64,000 nt of DNA from Omnitrophica WOR_2 bacterium RIFOXYA2_FULL_38_17 (GCA_001805965.1 MHHG01000024.1:1384-65383); one strand, 5' to 3'. Positions 37,776 through 48,921 are shown, numbered from the stretch's first letter. Made by a program: numbers and translations. Notes: generated by a model from the sequence alone, not told the origin.

Positions 37776-37831
37776 TAGAATTATAAATTTTTAGTAATCA
37801 ATAAAGGCTTCAACCAAGAGGATACATAATC

Positions 37832-39436
37832 ATGTCAAAATTTATCTTTGTTACAGGAGGCGTTGTTTCAAGTTTAGGTAAGGGCATTGCTTCGGCTTCT
37901 ATAGGGAAGCTTTTGGAGACACGAGGATTAAATGTTACTCTTATTAAATGTGATCCTTACTTGAACGTTGATCCGGGAACAATGAGCCCTTTTCAACATG
38001 GAGAGGTTTATGTGACAGATGATGGCGCTGAAACCGATTTGGACCTGGGCCATTATGAAAGGTTTACAAATGCGGTGTTGAGCAAAGATAATAATATTAC
38101 GACGGGAAAGATATATTATTCAGTTATCACAAAAGAACGCAAAGGGGATTATCTGGGAAAAACAGTTCAGATCATCCCGCATATTACTGACGAGATAAAG
38201 AAAAGCATAATAAAGGTTTCCAAAGCGCGGGATGTGGATGTGACTATTGTTGAGATCGGCGGAACTATCGGAGATATAGAGAGCTTGCCGTTCTTAGAGG
38301 CTATTCGTCAACTGAGATGGGAGCTAGGAGAATTTTATGCCCTGAATGTGCACGTGACTTTATTGCCTTATATCAAGTCTGCAGGAGAACAAAAGACAAA
38401 GCCGACCCAGCACAGTGTTGGCAAATTAAGGGCCATTGGTATTGCGCCGGATATTCTTTTGTGTAGAACGGAAAAACATATTACAAAGGATCAAAAAGAT
38501 AAAATTGCTTTGTTCTGTAATGTTGATAAGGAAGCTGTTATTGAGGCTATTGATGTAAAACAGATCTATGAAGTGCCGTTGTCTTTTAAGAAAGAAGGGT
38601 TAGATACCCTCATTTTGAAAAAGCTGAATATAGTTCGTGATGATAATGATCTTGCGGCCTGGAAAAATGAAGTTGTGGGACGCTTAAAGAACCCGGAAAA
38701 GGAAGTAAAGATTTATGTTGTCGGCAAGTATGTGGCCCTGCAAGATGCCTATAAATCGATTTATGAAGCATTGGTTCACGGAGGCATTGCCAACAACGCC
38801 AGGGTCACTATTGTTCGAATTGATTCAGAACAATTAGAAAAAGAAAAGGTTGAAAAGAGACTGGAAGGTGCTCAGGGTATTTTAATACCGGGTGGTTTTG
38901 GAGACAGAGGCATTGAAGGAAAAATTCAGGCAGTACAGTATGCAAGAGAGAATAACATCCCTTATTTTGGTATTTGTCTGGGAATGCAGATAGCTACGAT
39001 CGAATTTGCAAGAAATATATGTAAATTGAAAAATGCAAACTCAACGGAGTTTGTTAAGGATGTAAAAGAACCGGTCATTTCACTTCTTGAAGAGCAAAAA
39101 GCAATAAAGAATTTAGGGGCAACTATGCGCTTAGGTGCATATCCTTGCAGAGTATCAAAAAATTCATTTAGCTATAAGGCATATAAGAAAGAAATTATAT
39201 CCGAACGGCACAGGCATAGATATGAGTTTAACAATAAATATAAAAAGTCATTTGAGAAGCAGGGCATGGTCATTGCAGGGGTAAACACTCATCAGGGACT
39301 GGTTGAGATCATAGAGCTAAAGAACCATCCGTGGTTTGTTGGTTGTCAATTTCACCCTGAATTCAAATCTAAGCCAGACCAAGCGCATCCATTGTTCAAA
39401 CATTTTATTGAAGCAGCGCTTAAATATGGCGGATAG
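37832..39436 (+). CDS. pyrG: CTP synthase
   Basis: [45 protein letters not shown]. Confidence 0.98.
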   Translation: MSKFIFVTGGVVSSLGKGIASASIGKLLETRGLNVTLIKCDPYLNVDPGTMSPFQHGEVYVTDDGAETDLDLGHYERFTNAVLSKDNNITTGKIYYSVITKERKGDYLGKTVQIIPHITDEIKKSIIKVSKARDVDVTIVEIGGTIGDIESLPFLEAIRQLRWELGEFYALNVHVTLLPYIKSAGEQKTKPTQHSVGKLRAIGIAPDILLCRTEKHITKDQKDKIALFCNVDKEAVIEAIDVKQIYEVPLSFKKEGLDTLILKKLNIVRDDNDLAAWKNEVVGRLKNPEKEVKIYVVGKYVALQDAYKSIYEALVHGGIANNARVTIVRIDSEQLEKEKVEKRLEGAQGILIPGGFGDRGIEGKIQAVQYARENNIPYFGICLGMQIATIEFARNICKLKNANSTEFVKDVKEPVISLLEEQKAIKNLGATMRLGAYPCRVSKNSFSYKAYKKEIISERHRHRYEFNNKYKKSFEKQGMVIAGVNTHQGLVEIIELKNHPWFVGCQFHPEFKSKPDQAHPLFKHFIEAALKYGG

Positions 39437-39457
39437 TGATTGAGTTGTAAAAGAATT

Positions 39458-39538
<81 letters not shown>

Positions 39539-39559
39539 TAAAATTTTAGAGGGACTTCC

Positions 39560-40315
39560 ATGCAAAGAGAAAAGAGGTTTTTTGTAGGCCTGCTGAAAGA
39601 CAGCTTTGATCTCTATGTTAGTAATTTGGGTTTTCTTGTCCAGGCATCGATTTGTTTTTTTATTCCCTTGCTGATACTTGATAATTACTTTGCAAAAAAC
39701 AAAATGTTTTGCGTTGACGATGCGCCTGATGGATTGTTTGCTTTGCCATTTTTTTGGATGGTCTTGGTCCTTGTGGTCTTTATGATCCTGTTCTTTTATT
39801 ATGTTGTCGTGATCCTAAAGGCCATAAAGCATGTTGACGATAAAAAACATATTACTATATCAGAATTACATGCTCAGTCCTTAAAAGATCTTTCAGGGTA
39901 CCTTATAGTTAAAGGTATCCTTTTTTTTAAAGTCTTAATAAAGAGCATTATGCTTATTGTGCCGGGAATCGTTGCTTTGGTTCAGTATGGGTTTGCAAGC
40001 TTGGCCTTTGTTGTTGATGATAAGCGTAAAGGCGAGGCGCTAGAATTTAGCAGCGATATTATAAGGAATTGCTGGGTTCAGTATTTAGATTATTCTTTAA
40101 GCTGCTTAGGGATATTTATTTTTATTTTGGCACCCATTGTTGTGCCTTTCGATATTTTTATTCAGGCTGCAGTCATGAAAGACCTTGTGTGGATTGCAAG
40201 GGTTATTGATCTTATAGAGAGCGCCTTAATGCTTGTTGCCTCCATATTTTTGATGGTTTTTTATTATCATCTCTATAAAGAGCTCAAAGAAAGATATCTT
40301 GTAAAAAAGCAATAA
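39560..40315 (+). CDS. Hypothetical integral membrane protein
   Basis: About 5-6 TM segments with an IVPGI...AFVVDD...EAL..S motif typical of small uncharacterised membrane families. Confidence 0.65.
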   Translation: MQREKRFFVGLLKDSFDLYVSNLGFLVQASICFFIPLLILDNYFAKNKMFCVDDAPDGLFALPFFWMVLVLVVFMILFFYYVVVILKAIKHVDDKKHITISELHAQSLKDLSGYLIVKGILFFKVLIKSIMLIVPGIVALVQYGFASLAFVVDDKRKGEALEFSSDIIRNCWVQYLDYSLSCLGIFIFILAPIVVPFDIFIQAAVMKDLVWIARVIDLIESALMLVASIFLMVFYYHLYKELKERYLVKKQ

Positions 40316-40343
40316 GAAACATATTTTATCCGGGGAGTGAACC

Positions 40344-41075
40344 ATGCGTAAAGATATTAAGGTAAGCGTTAGTATTTTATGTGCAGACTTTAAGTATTTA
40401 GCTGATGAAGTAAAAAAGTGTGAAGATTCCGGGGCCGACATGCTTCATGTGGATGTAATGGACGGGCATTTTGTTCCTGTGATAACAGTAGGCAAAATGA
40501 TAGTTGAAGCTATCCGGCCTATCACTAAACTGCCTATTGAAGCGCATCTTATGATAGAGAATCCTTATGCCCATATTGATGATTTTTTAAACGCAGGCGC
40601 AGATATCATTTCAGTACATGCAGAATGTTACGGACAGAGAAGAAAAGGCTGCAGGAATTTTGGAGAATACCCCAAAGAAGTTGATAAGATTGATATTGAG
40701 CTGGCTAGAAAAGATATTAAAAAAGTGCATGATAGCGGTAAAGAAATAATTATGACAGTCAATCCAGGGACGCCTTTATGCTTTGATGAAATTTTGCCCG
40801 AGATTGATGGTGTGTTAATTATGTCCGTTAATCCAGGATTTGCTAAGCAAAAATTTATGCCGGTCGCCTTACCTAAGATCCAGGCGTTAAGCAGGACCTT
40901 TAAAGGATATATAGCAGTTGATGGCGGGGTTAACGCTGATACAGCACAAAGTGTTATTGATGCAGGGGCCAATGTTTTAGCTACTGCAAGTTACTTTTTT
41001 GGTGCCCAAGACCCTTCTCAAGCAGTAAAATACTTGAAAAGCTTAAAGCCGCAAAAGCATAAGAAAAGAGCTTAA
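40344..41075 (+). CDS. rpe: Ribulose-phosphate 3-epimerase
   Basis: SILCADF, LHVDVMDGHFVP, AHLMI, MSVNPGF, VDGGVN. Confidence 0.95.
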   Translation: MRKDIKVSVSILCADFKYLADEVKKCEDSGADMLHVDVMDGHFVPVITVGKMIVEAIRPITKLPIEAHLMIENPYAHIDDFLNAGADIISVHAECYGQRRKGCRNFGEYPKEVDKIDIELARKDIKKVHDSGKEIIMTVNPGTPLCFDEILPEIDGVLIMSVNPGFAKQKFMPVALPKIQALSRTFKGYIAVDGGVNADTAQSVIDAGANVLATASYFFGAQDPSQAVKYLKSLKPQKHKKRA

Positions 41076-42004
41076 AGATCTTTTCTTTGATTTCTAACGT
41101 ATTTGCTTTCCTCAAAACTTTTAGCATATGTCTTGAGTTCTGCTCCTATCTCGCCGATCTGTGCAAGGTGAGTGATACTTTGATTAACGCTGCTGACAAT
41201 TCCTATTGATACTGAAAGCAGCCCGAACCTTTGTTCGTTATCCTTGCGGTCCTTACCCTCAATATAGCCACGGGCATTATCTTCTGCATTGTAAAAAGAA
41301 GGGACTTGTGCGTCAAAGGATTCTATGATCTTTTCGCAGATCTGATCAGCCAGGTTATCTGGCGAAATGAATACAAAATCATCTCCTCCAATATGTCCTA
41401 CGAAGGCAGTATCTCCGGCTATTTCCCTGACATGTTTAATGATTATTCTGGCAATAGCCTTAATGACATCGTCACCTTTTTCAAAGCCGTATTTGTCATT
41501 ATAAACCTTGAATTTATCAAGGTCAGCGTATCCAACAGCAAAAGGATTCTTTTCGCTTATATTCTTTTGTAATTCATCCATGATCGATGCATTTCCAGGA
41601 AGATGAGTAAGGGGATTAGCATCAAGGCTTCTGATAGTTCTTCTGAGGATCATTTTGATCCTGGCTAATAACTCGTCAGGATCAAAAGGCTTTACCATAT
41701 AATCATCAACGCCAGCTTCAATGCCTCCGATGCGGTCGTGTACTTCGCCTTTGCCGGTTAGCATAATGATAGGGATGTGGCTAAGCAGGATATCCTTTTT
41801 AAGGGCCTTGCAGAATTCTCGGCCGTTCATTATAGGCATCATATAATCGCATATGATAAGGTCAGGGATCTTTTGTTGTACTATTTGCAAGCCTTCTTCG
41901 CCATTATTGCCCTGGACTACGTCATAATATTCTGACAAGGTAAGATCCAAAACATCCAGGATATCTGGATCGTCATCAACAGTTACAATTAACTCTCTTT
42001 TCAT
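41072..42004 (-). CDS. Response regulator receiver + GGDEF diguanylate cyclase
   Basis: REC (VDDD...CDYMMP...KPF) followed by DANPLTHLPGN, DLDKFKVYNDKYGFEKGD and GHIGGDDF. Confidence 0.9.
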   Translation of the reverse strand: MKRELIVTVDDDPDILDVLDLTLSEYYDVVQGNNGEEGLQIVQQKIPDLIICDYMMPIMNGREFCKALKKDILLSHIPIIMLTGKGEVHDRIGGIEAGVDDYMVKPFDPDELLARIKMILRRTIRSLDANPLTHLPGNASIMDELQKNISEKNPFAVGYADLDKFKVYNDKYGFEKGDDVIKAIARIIIKHVREIAGDTAFVGHIGGDDFVFISPDNLADQICEKIIESFDAQVPSFYNAEDNARGYIEGKDRKDNEQRFGLLSVSIGIVSSVNQSITHLAQIGEIGAELKTYAKSFEESKYVRNQRKDL

Positions 42005-42061
42005 TTTTGAGCCCTTTACGTTTAATTAGTGCGATGCATTTTACTAGAAGGAATATAGCAC

Positions 42062-43543
42062 TTATGCAGGAATAGTGAAGTGGAAAGTTGTACCTTTCCC
42101 GATTTCACTGGTTATCCAAATCCTTCCTTTATGTGCTTCAACTATCTTTTTTGCCAAGGCGAGGCCTAAGCCAGTACCTTTAACATTTTGATTTATCTTG
42201 TTTTCTACGCGGTAAAATTCATCGAACAGCCTTTTTATATCCTGCTCTGAAATACCGATTCCGGTATCAGAAACGCATACAGTAACCATGTCATCTTTTA
42301 AGGAGGCAGATATAGAAATAGTCCCGTCTTCAGGGGTGAACTTGATGGCATTGCTTATCAGGTTAATAAAAACTCGTTCATAATGACTGCTATCCAGCAA
42401 TAGTGTAGGAACATCTGGGGCAATGTCAGTTACCCAGTTTATTTTTTTATCTTTTAATTGTGGCGTTAATAAGTCATGAACGTTCTCTATCATTCTTGAG
42501 ATATCACATTGATTAAACTTCATTTCAACTCTGCCGGATTCTATCCTCGAGATATCCAGAAGCTCATTGATCAAATTAACCAGATTATCAGAGTGGGTGT
42601 TTATTTTTGCCAAACGCAATTTAACATTTTCAGGAACTTCGCCAAGTTTTCCTGCCATGAGAATTGATGCATATCCTTTGATTGATGTTAAAGGGGTGCG
42701 TAATTCATGTGAAACTGCTGAAATAAATTCAGACTTTGTTTTGCTGATATTTTTGACCTCATCCAGGGCGGATTTAAGTTCAATAGTCCTGCTTTGGACC
42801 TTGCTTTCTAAAGCCTGCCTGGACCTGTATACTTCCTCAAATAAACGAGCATTATCAAGAGCTTGGGCAATTTGTGTTGCTAGTATGGAGATCAGCTCTT
42901 CGTCACCCTCGGTGATCGAGGATGTTGCAGCAGAGTTACCTACAAAGATAAGGCCTACCATGCCGTCAGTGGTCATGATAGGATTGAAAATATAATGCAT
43001 AACATTAAATGTTCGAATAATCGTGTCTTTTTGTAGTTTTGTTGAGTTTTCAGAAGATATCGTTTTGCCGTTCTCAAGCAATTTGATAAGCTCAGAATCG
43101 TTTCTTAAATGATCTAAAATAGCAGCTTTTTCTTTAGGCGTAAAGCCGATCTCTGAGCGGTCATAAAGAGCCTTGTTCTTGTCGTATTGAAGTATAAGGG
43201 TTTTTTCAAAACCAATATCCATCAAAAAGGTTTGGTCAAGTTTTGCAAAGATCTCATTTTCATTAAGGGATGTGCTTATAAGCTGAGAGGTGTTTTGTAA
43301 GGCGTCTAATCCGTTTAAACGCTTATCTAGCTCTTCTTGGGCTTTGTTAAGCTCAAGGTCGGTTTTAACGATAAGCTTTGCTTGTTCATCTAGGTCATTA
43401 AATGACTTTTTGAGTTTCTCAACGAGGGTGGTTAATTCCTTCACCTGTTCATCTTTTCCAATGTATAAAAAGACAAGCACCCCGATTATAATAAAAACAA
43501 AGGAGCCTACAAAATACCAAATATTTGCTGTAATGATTTCCAT
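42062..43543 (-). CDS. Membrane-anchored sensor histidine kinase (TM, coiled coil, GAF, HisKA, HATPase)
   Basis: SHELRTPLTSI H-box, NLISNAIKF, DTGIGI, GTGLGL. Confidence 0.93.
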   Translation of the reverse strand: MEIITANIWYFVGSFVFIIIGVLVFLYIGKDEQVKELTTLVEKLKKSFNDLDEQAKLIVKTDLELNKAQEELDKRLNGLDALQNTSQLISTSLNENEIFAKLDQTFLMDIGFEKTLILQYDKNKALYDRSEIGFTPKEKAAILDHLRNDSELIKLLENGKTISSENSTKLQKDTIIRTFNVMHYIFNPIMTTDGMVGLIFVGNSAATSSITEGDEELISILATQIAQALDNARLFEEVYRSRQALESKVQSRTIELKSALDEVKNISKTKSEFISAVSHELRTPLTSIKGYASILMAGKLGEVPENVKLRLAKINTHSDNLVNLINELLDISRIESGRVEMKFNQCDISRMIENVHDLLTPQLKDKKINWVTDIAPDVPTLLLDSSHYERVFINLISNAIKFTPEDGTISISASLKDDMVTVCVSDTGIGISEQDIKRLFDEFYRVENKINQNVKGTGLGLALAKKIVEAHKGRIWITSEIGKGTTFHFTIPA

Positions 43544-43652
43544 ACGGATCGCTTTTGATGGTCTGTTAAAATTGAATTAATGATAAGATTTTATAATAAT
43601 CTCATTACAAATAAAAGCTAAAAATCGCTAATTACTATACAGCAAATATTTT

Positions 43653-44840
43653 CTAGCTTAGGGCAACGACAACAATGCTTTCATTTTGAAGATGCGGCCT
43701 GTGGATGCTTGTTCTTGTCTTAAATGGACATATTTCACCGTTTGAATACATTCCAAAAATAGGCACGTGTTCTCCAAAAACATTCCTAACTCTTTTTATC
43801 TCTTGATATGCGTTTCTGCCAAGAAGTTTGAGTCGCGCCATTGAGCTTATTACTAAAACAAGCTTAGCTTCTTTGGGGCCCAAGTTATTCTTTGCGTCAC
43901 GGGCGGCTTCTTCTGCCGCATATTTGCAGGAGTCCTTATTCCCGATCATTAAATGTACTTTGACGCCTTGAGGTATGGCCCCTTGGCAGACGATGCTCCC
44001 ATCAGGTAAGATTTGTGTTGCGTTTCTAAGCAGGTATTCATTGCTTTCAGCTGAATAAATGCCTAGAGGATAAAAAATCACAGTCTGCCCTAATTTTGTT
44101 GACAGCAGTTCTGCAGACTCTTCTTCAAAATAGTTCTCGTATAAACTAACAGCTTTCTTTCCATCAATTGTGTTGATTATGTTTCCGGTTGTTTTGTGGA
44201 TGATATGAGGCTTGCCTAAAGGGCGCCAGCCATGATGCCCTCCGATCCCAACAGCAACATGACCGCCAAGCAATAAACCGGTAGCGCTGTTCTTGATAGC
44301 TTGGTTTTGATATATTTCGTATGATTTTGTGAACTGAAAATCATCGCAGCTTCCGGCACCTACGATAGGGAATACGCTGCCAAGTACTTCTTGCATGCTT
44401 TTTAAGAACAGCAAAGGATTCTTTAGGTGGCTGTTGACCATGAAGAACATAAGCTGTCTGGCATGTCTTCCAAAATCGGCAACAGTATTTTTAGCAAAAT
44501 TAAATCCGGCTTCTTGCGTGTTCTCAGGAGTGATATCTTTAAAAAAGCCTGTCCCGCTTTTTACTTCATCAGAGGTATATGCCAGTACGCTAATGCCCCG
44601 TGTTTGAACTGAATCGGAAAGGATTATGCCTGCGGTAGAGCAGCCAACGGTTTTTGTATTGCCGAGAACTTGATTTATGACCGGGAAGATAATCTTTGTG
44701 TCATAATGAACAGTACAAAAAATTATCGCAAAATCAATTCGGTCTTTGGCTAGATTTGTTTTTGCATAAAAAGCGGCATCTCTGGCTGCCTTATGCTGGT
44801 CATAATCTTTGCTGAAACCAATTCCTATAAATGTTGCCAC
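43653..44840 (-). CDS. FIST (FIST_N + FIST_C) signal-sensing protein
   Basis: VGCSTAG, PIVGAGSCDD, HGWRPLG, GMYSNGEI, LQNESIVV; GTG start. Confidence 0.88.
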   Translation of the reverse strand: MATFIGIGFSKDYDQHKAARDAAFYAKTNLAKDRIDFAIIFCTVHYDTKIIFPVINQVLGNTKTVGCSTAGIILSDSVQTRGISVLAYTSDEVKSGTGFFKDITPENTQEAGFNFAKNTVADFGRHARQLMFFMVNSHLKNPLLFLKSMQEVLGSVFPIVGAGSCDDFQFTKSYEIYQNQAIKNSATGLLLGGHVAVGIGGHHGWRPLGKPHIIHKTTGNIINTIDGKKAVSLYENYFEEESAELLSTKLGQTVIFYPLGIYSAESNEYLLRNATQILPDGSIVCQGAIPQGVKVHLMIGNKDSCKYAAEEAARDAKNNLGPKEAKLVLVISSMARLKLLGRNAYQEIKRVRNVFGEHVPIFGMYSNGEICPFKTRTSIHRPHLQNESIVVVALS

Positions 44841-45005
44841 CTGATAATTCTCCGAGAATCTGTTGGAAAAACAGCTTTTTTAATCTGTTGCTCATTTTAG
44901 CTTCTGCTACTGATAGTGTCAATAAATTCAACAGGTAATTAATATTTCTATTAAGATATTTATTTAAATGTCTGGTTTATATTAAAAATGGAAAAAAATC
45001 ATATT

Positions 45006-45419
45006 TTAAGGACAATTATTAGCGGGTGCACAATGGATTCCATCAGCAAAAGGGGAGGGTATAATTTGGTCGGTCAGAACATATCTTTGAGCTAACGGGA
45101 GTAGTCTGGTCGCTTCAAGATCATTACCTGCTTGAGTTCCATATAAGTAGGTGAATTCAGTGTCAATAATGTTGATTTCCAAATTGCTATTAATTTCTGT
45201 TAGAGACCAATCAACAACATTTACATCAGGATAATCTCCATGTCTCATCTTATATATGTCAAGGGCTGCATGGATCGTTTGCATGTTTAGCTGGGCTTTG
45301 CGGGAAAGCTCTCTTTCATACATTTTGTTGAAGTTTGGTACAGAGAAGGCAGCGATAGTGCCTATAATTATGGTTGTTATTATTATCTCAGTAAGCGTAA
45401 AGCCTCGATTATTTCTCAT
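45006..45419 (-). CDS. Type IV pilin / pseudopilin-like protein
   Basis: Class III signal MRNNRG|FTLTEIIITTIIIG; C-terminal Cys pair; start moved to ATG 45419. Confidence 0.85.
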   Translation of the reverse strand: MRNNRGFTLTEIIITTIIIGTIAAFSVPNFNKMYERELSRKAQLNMQTIHAALDIYKMRHGDYPDVNVVDWSLTEINSNLEINIIDTEFTYLYGTQAGNDLEATRLLPLAQRYVLTDQIIPSPFADGIHCAPANNCP

Positions 45420-45544
45420 GATATGTTTTTTCTTTAGTAAGCGTGTTAATTTTGACCTGGATTTTTTCTTGGTGTTTATTATAATGGCTTTTATTTTGAT
45501 AGACAAGTTAATTATCAGTTGAAAAATTTGACATTACAATATTG

Positions 45545-45572
45545 TTGACCGAACAAAAAAATATGATATTAT
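45545..45572 (+). promoter_or_regulatory. Probable promoter of tRNA-Glu
   Basis: TTGACC, 16 bp spacer, TG-n-TATTAT. Confidence 0.55.
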
Positions 45573-45601
45573 TGAATGGCTTGCAAATCGAGAGCGTTTT
45601 T

Positions 45602-45675
45602 GGCCCCATCGTCTAGCCTGGTTAGGACGGGAGATTCTCAGTCTTCAAACACGGGTTCGAATCCCGTTGGGGCTA
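45602..45675 (+). tRNA. tRNA-Glu(CTC)
   Basis: GGCCCCA/TGGGGCT acceptor, GTCTAGCCTGGTTAGGAC D-arm, GGAGA-TTCTCAG-TCTTC anticodon arm, GGTTCGAATCC. Confidence 0.95.
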
Positions 45676-45686
45676 TTTAAGCATAA

Positions 45687-45727
45687 AAAAGGCATTATCC
45701 GTCGCGATGCGACAGATGGTGCCTTTT
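45687..45727 (+). terminator. Terminator after tRNA-Glu
   Basis: AAAAGGCATTATC.GTCGC-GAT-GCGAC.GATGGTGCCTTTT hairpin. Confidence 0.75.
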
Positions 45728-45926
45728 CTGTTTGTTTTTAAATCAGGGCACAGAAAAAACAGGATATTGCGGTTATATTCTTTCAAAAATCCTTGTACAT
45801 AAAAAGAGGTTTGCCTACAGGCTCAAGGAACATTTTGAGACAAAAATGATATGTTTGTCGCTTGTATGTACAGTTATAATAAGTATAATAATAAAATAGA
45901 CAGGCAATATAGGAGTCTTTTAAACA

Positions 45927-48011
45927 ATGAAGAAAATTTTAATAATTGTATTTATTCTTCTGGCTACCCCATCTTTTGCAGAGAAGCTTCAACTAACGTC
46001 AGGCTTAACTGTGAGAGGCACGTTCGTTCGACGTGCTCAAGATTTTGTCATAGTGGATACCGGCCTCGGGGTGGAAGTATCTTTCTATTTTGATGAGATT
46101 GAAAGTGTTGATGGTGAACCGTTTGATGAAAAGATGCTCAAAGGTGTTGCCGAAATCCCGGCAGAAGAGCTAAAAAAGCTTAATGCCAGGCCTGAAGATC
46201 AAATAGAATTACCTGAAGACATAAAGGAAAAGCCGGCGCCCGTCCAACAGGAAAACCCAGATATAGAATTTAAACGCGTTCAGGAACAGGCCAATAATGA
46301 ATTTGAAAAAGGCAATATTAATAGGGCGTTTAAGCTGGTTGAAACTATATTTGAGAAATGTGATGATTTTCAAGAACGCCGATGCCTGGAAACATTTGAT
46401 CTATATCTTTCCATAGCAGTACATTCGCTTGCTTTTATTGATGAGGGGGGGTTGTATGACAAGATCGATAGCTATGCGAAAGATTTTCTCGATCATATTG
46501 AGCCGATTGGCGACCTTAATAATGTTATAGGCAAAATTGATAAAATAGAGGAAGGGCAAGAGGACGTCCAGAATAGTGCTTATAGCAGGCTATTTCAAGT
46601 GTATGCTTATTATTGTCTATACCTGGCTTCAAAAAAGGATATTGACGGGGCGAAAACATACATGTTGAAAGCTGGAAAGTTCGATCCAAATTTTGGAAAA
46701 GGGCTAGAAGGGTTAATAGGAGCATACGAGAAATTATTCTCTGATAAAGAAGTTATTGCCGTCTATAATGCGCTCTATGATATGCAAATAAGGCTATCGG
46801 CGTTAACGGAAGCTCCAGTGAACATAAAAGTTCTATATGACAGATTTCAAATAGATAGGTCAGCAAACGAGGATCGCATTATTGATCAATTGGCAGCACA
46901 ATTAGATCTGGTTAAGAACGAAGTGTTTGGCTTTAAAAGCAAGGAAGATTTTAACAAAAAGACCTTGCCGCTATTTGTCACTCTTTTAGATTCAGAAACG
47001 CCGGAATTTTTGGTTTGGTACTTTAAGAATTTTGCTAAGCAATCTCCAGAAATAAAGAAAGAAATGAATGAAAGGTTCAAGAGCTCGTTTGTTTCGATGA
47101 TCAATTATGTTCTTCTTAAAGCGAGAGGGTTTGATGTCTATTATGTGGCGACATGGGCAAAGGTGCCTGAATCAAGGGACCCTGAGAGTGGAGGGAGCTC
47201 TATTTTAGACCTGTTTGGCGGTAAAAAGACACCTGGGGAAAATGTGGAGAATTCTTTATGCGCCGTTAAAATAAGCGACAAGAATTTTGTCTTTGTTGAT
47301 TTTCTCGAGCATTGGATCAGTAAAAAGTTTATTCTTGAAGATGTCTACGAGAAAAAGGGCGAAATATACTATGAGATGAAGCCAGGCATTAAACACAATG
47401 ACCTCTATGAACATTTTCAATTAAGCAAAGGCGCATTAGTCCAGGCTAATGTTATTTCCAATCTTTTATTGCAAATGAATAGAATGGGTTATCCGCTTCA
47501 GGCGGATAATCCTTCTTTGAAGTTGGCAAGGATAAAAAATCCTCATAACAGGAACGGGTATCATCTGTTGGCTTATATTAGTTTTGGTGAGGGAAAGATT
47601 GCAGATTCTATAAATTATCTTAAGATGTCTCTTAAGGCCTATAATAATGACCCTCAAACCAATTATCTTCTGGGGCAGTTTTATTATGAAAGCAGAGATT
47701 ATATCAATAGCATTGAAAGTTTAAGCAATGCATTAAAGAGTGATCCAAGTCTTATCGGGGCAAGGTTGCTTTTGGCAAGTAATTATTATGAAATAAAAGA
47801 TTATGGATCTGCTTTAGAGGAAGCACAAAAATGCCTTAAAGAGAAGCCTAATGACCCTTCCGTACATATTATGCTTATTCAGCTGTATCCTTCTTTTGGG
47901 AATATTCCGGCGGCAAAAAATCATGCAAGAGAAGCGATCAAGCTTTTAAAGTTGCAAGGAGAGACGAAGAGGGCGGCTGATATAGCGAAATATCTCGAAA
48001 GTTTGCAATAA
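45927..48011 (+). CDS. Secreted TPR-repeat protein
   Basis: Signal peptide (ending SFA), small N-terminal beta domain, several C-terminal TPRs. Confidence 0.75.
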   Translation: MKKILIIVFILLATPSFAEKLQLTSGLTVRGTFVRRAQDFVIVDTGLGVEVSFYFDEIESVDGEPFDEKMLKGVAEIPAEELKKLNARPEDQIELPEDIKEKPAPVQQENPDIEFKRVQEQANNEFEKGNINRAFKLVETIFEKCDDFQERRCLETFDLYLSIAVHSLAFIDEGGLYDKIDSYAKDFLDHIEPIGDLNNVIGKIDKIEEGQEDVQNSAYSRLFQVYAYYCLYLASKKDIDGAKTYMLKAGKFDPNFGKGLEGLIGAYEKLFSDKEVIAVYNALYDMQIRLSALTEAPVNIKVLYDRFQIDRSANEDRIIDQLAAQLDLVKNEVFGFKSKEDFNKKTLPLFVTLLDSETPEFLVWYFKNFAKQSPEIKKEMNERFKSSFVSMINYVLLKARGFDVYYVATWAKVPESRDPESGGSSILDLFGGKKTPGENVENSLCAVKISDKNFVFVDFLEHWISKKFILEDVYEKKGEIYYEMKPGIKHNDLYEHFQLSKGALVQANVISNLLLQMNRMGYPLQADNPSLKLARIKNPHNRNGYHLLAYISFGEGKIADSINYLKMSLKAYNNDPQTNYLLGQFYYESRDYINSIESLSNALKSDPSLIGARLLLASNYYEIKDYGSALEEAQKCLKEKPNDPSVHIMLIQLYPSFGNIPAAKNHAREAIKLLKLQGETKRAADIAKYLESLQ

Positions 48012-48137
48012 GTTCTAAATGTTATTTTTCAAGCTCTTTAAGGGGTTGTTTCAGCCGGGCTCCTTTTTGGGTCGAGGCCGTCATTTCTAATATGCAGGCA
48101 ACCAGAGTCAGCTTATAGGAGTTTAAAAGGATGAAAA

Positions 48138-48899
48138 GTGTATTATAATAAATTTTTTACAATGCTTTCTTTTTGGAAGAAATTTGGCTTCAATAATCTT
48201 CTATATTTTCTTTTTACAAAGAACCAAGAAGTTCGTCACTGGCCCGGGTTCCTTCCGATCTTTGGGATTATTACCAATAAAGAAGAAATCCGCAATATAC
48301 GTGACAATATCTTTCAAGGTTCACTTCGTGATCAATTAATAGAGAAAATAATCAAGAAAACAAAGAATCCCATAATAATTGATTGCGGGATCAATATAGG
48401 CGTAACGGTACGCTGGTGGTTTTATCTTAACCCCAGCAGTATTGTTTATGGTATTGATATGATGCGTGAAGCACACGAGTTTACCTTGAGATCATTATCT
48501 GAAAAATTCAAAAAAAGCTATATCCCGATCACTTTGGCGCTTGCCGCAGACAATAATCAAATGTTTAAAGTTCAATATAATGAACCTTTGTTTGGAGCAA
48601 ACAGCGTTAAATCCTTTGGAGAACATGAAAGAAATGTCTGTTCGTCCACTCTTGATGAATGTTTGAGGAAGTATTGCAGCAACAATAAAATCGATCTAAT
48701 GAAAGTTGATATAGAGGGTAGCGCAGCGGCCATGTTTAGTGGCGCGACCCAGAGTTTAAAGAGAATAAAACATATTTTTTTGGAATGGCATGATGACGAC
48801 GAAAGAGATAGCTCTATTAGCCTGCTGGCTAAAGCCGGATTTTTTATAAGAAAAAGATATAAGCGTCATATCTGGTTTGAAAATCTTTTAAAATGCTAG
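48138..48899 (+). CDS. FkbM-family SAM-dependent methyltransferase
   Basis: IIDCGINIG, TLDE, IDLMKVDIEG, IFLEWH. Confidence 0.85.
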   Translation: MYYNKFFTMLSFWKKFGFNNLLYFLFTKNQEVRHWPGFLPIFGIITNKEEIRNIRDNIFQGSLRDQLIEKIIKKTKNPIIIDCGINIGVTVRWWFYLNPSSIVYGIDMMREAHEFTLRSLSEKFKKSYIPITLALAADNNQMFKVQYNEPLFGANSVKSFGEHERNVCSSTLDECLRKYCSNNKIDLMKVDIEGSAAAMFSGATQSLKRIKHIFLEWHDDDERDSSISLLAKAGFFIRKRYKRHIWFENLLKC

Positions 48900-48921
48900 A
48901 TGGATAAAGTTTATATATTTG

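Noticed and set aside
45602-48899. Integrated element at tRNA-Glu (or at tRNA-Leu 39458)
   Set aside because: No integrase and no duplicated tRNA 3' end found.
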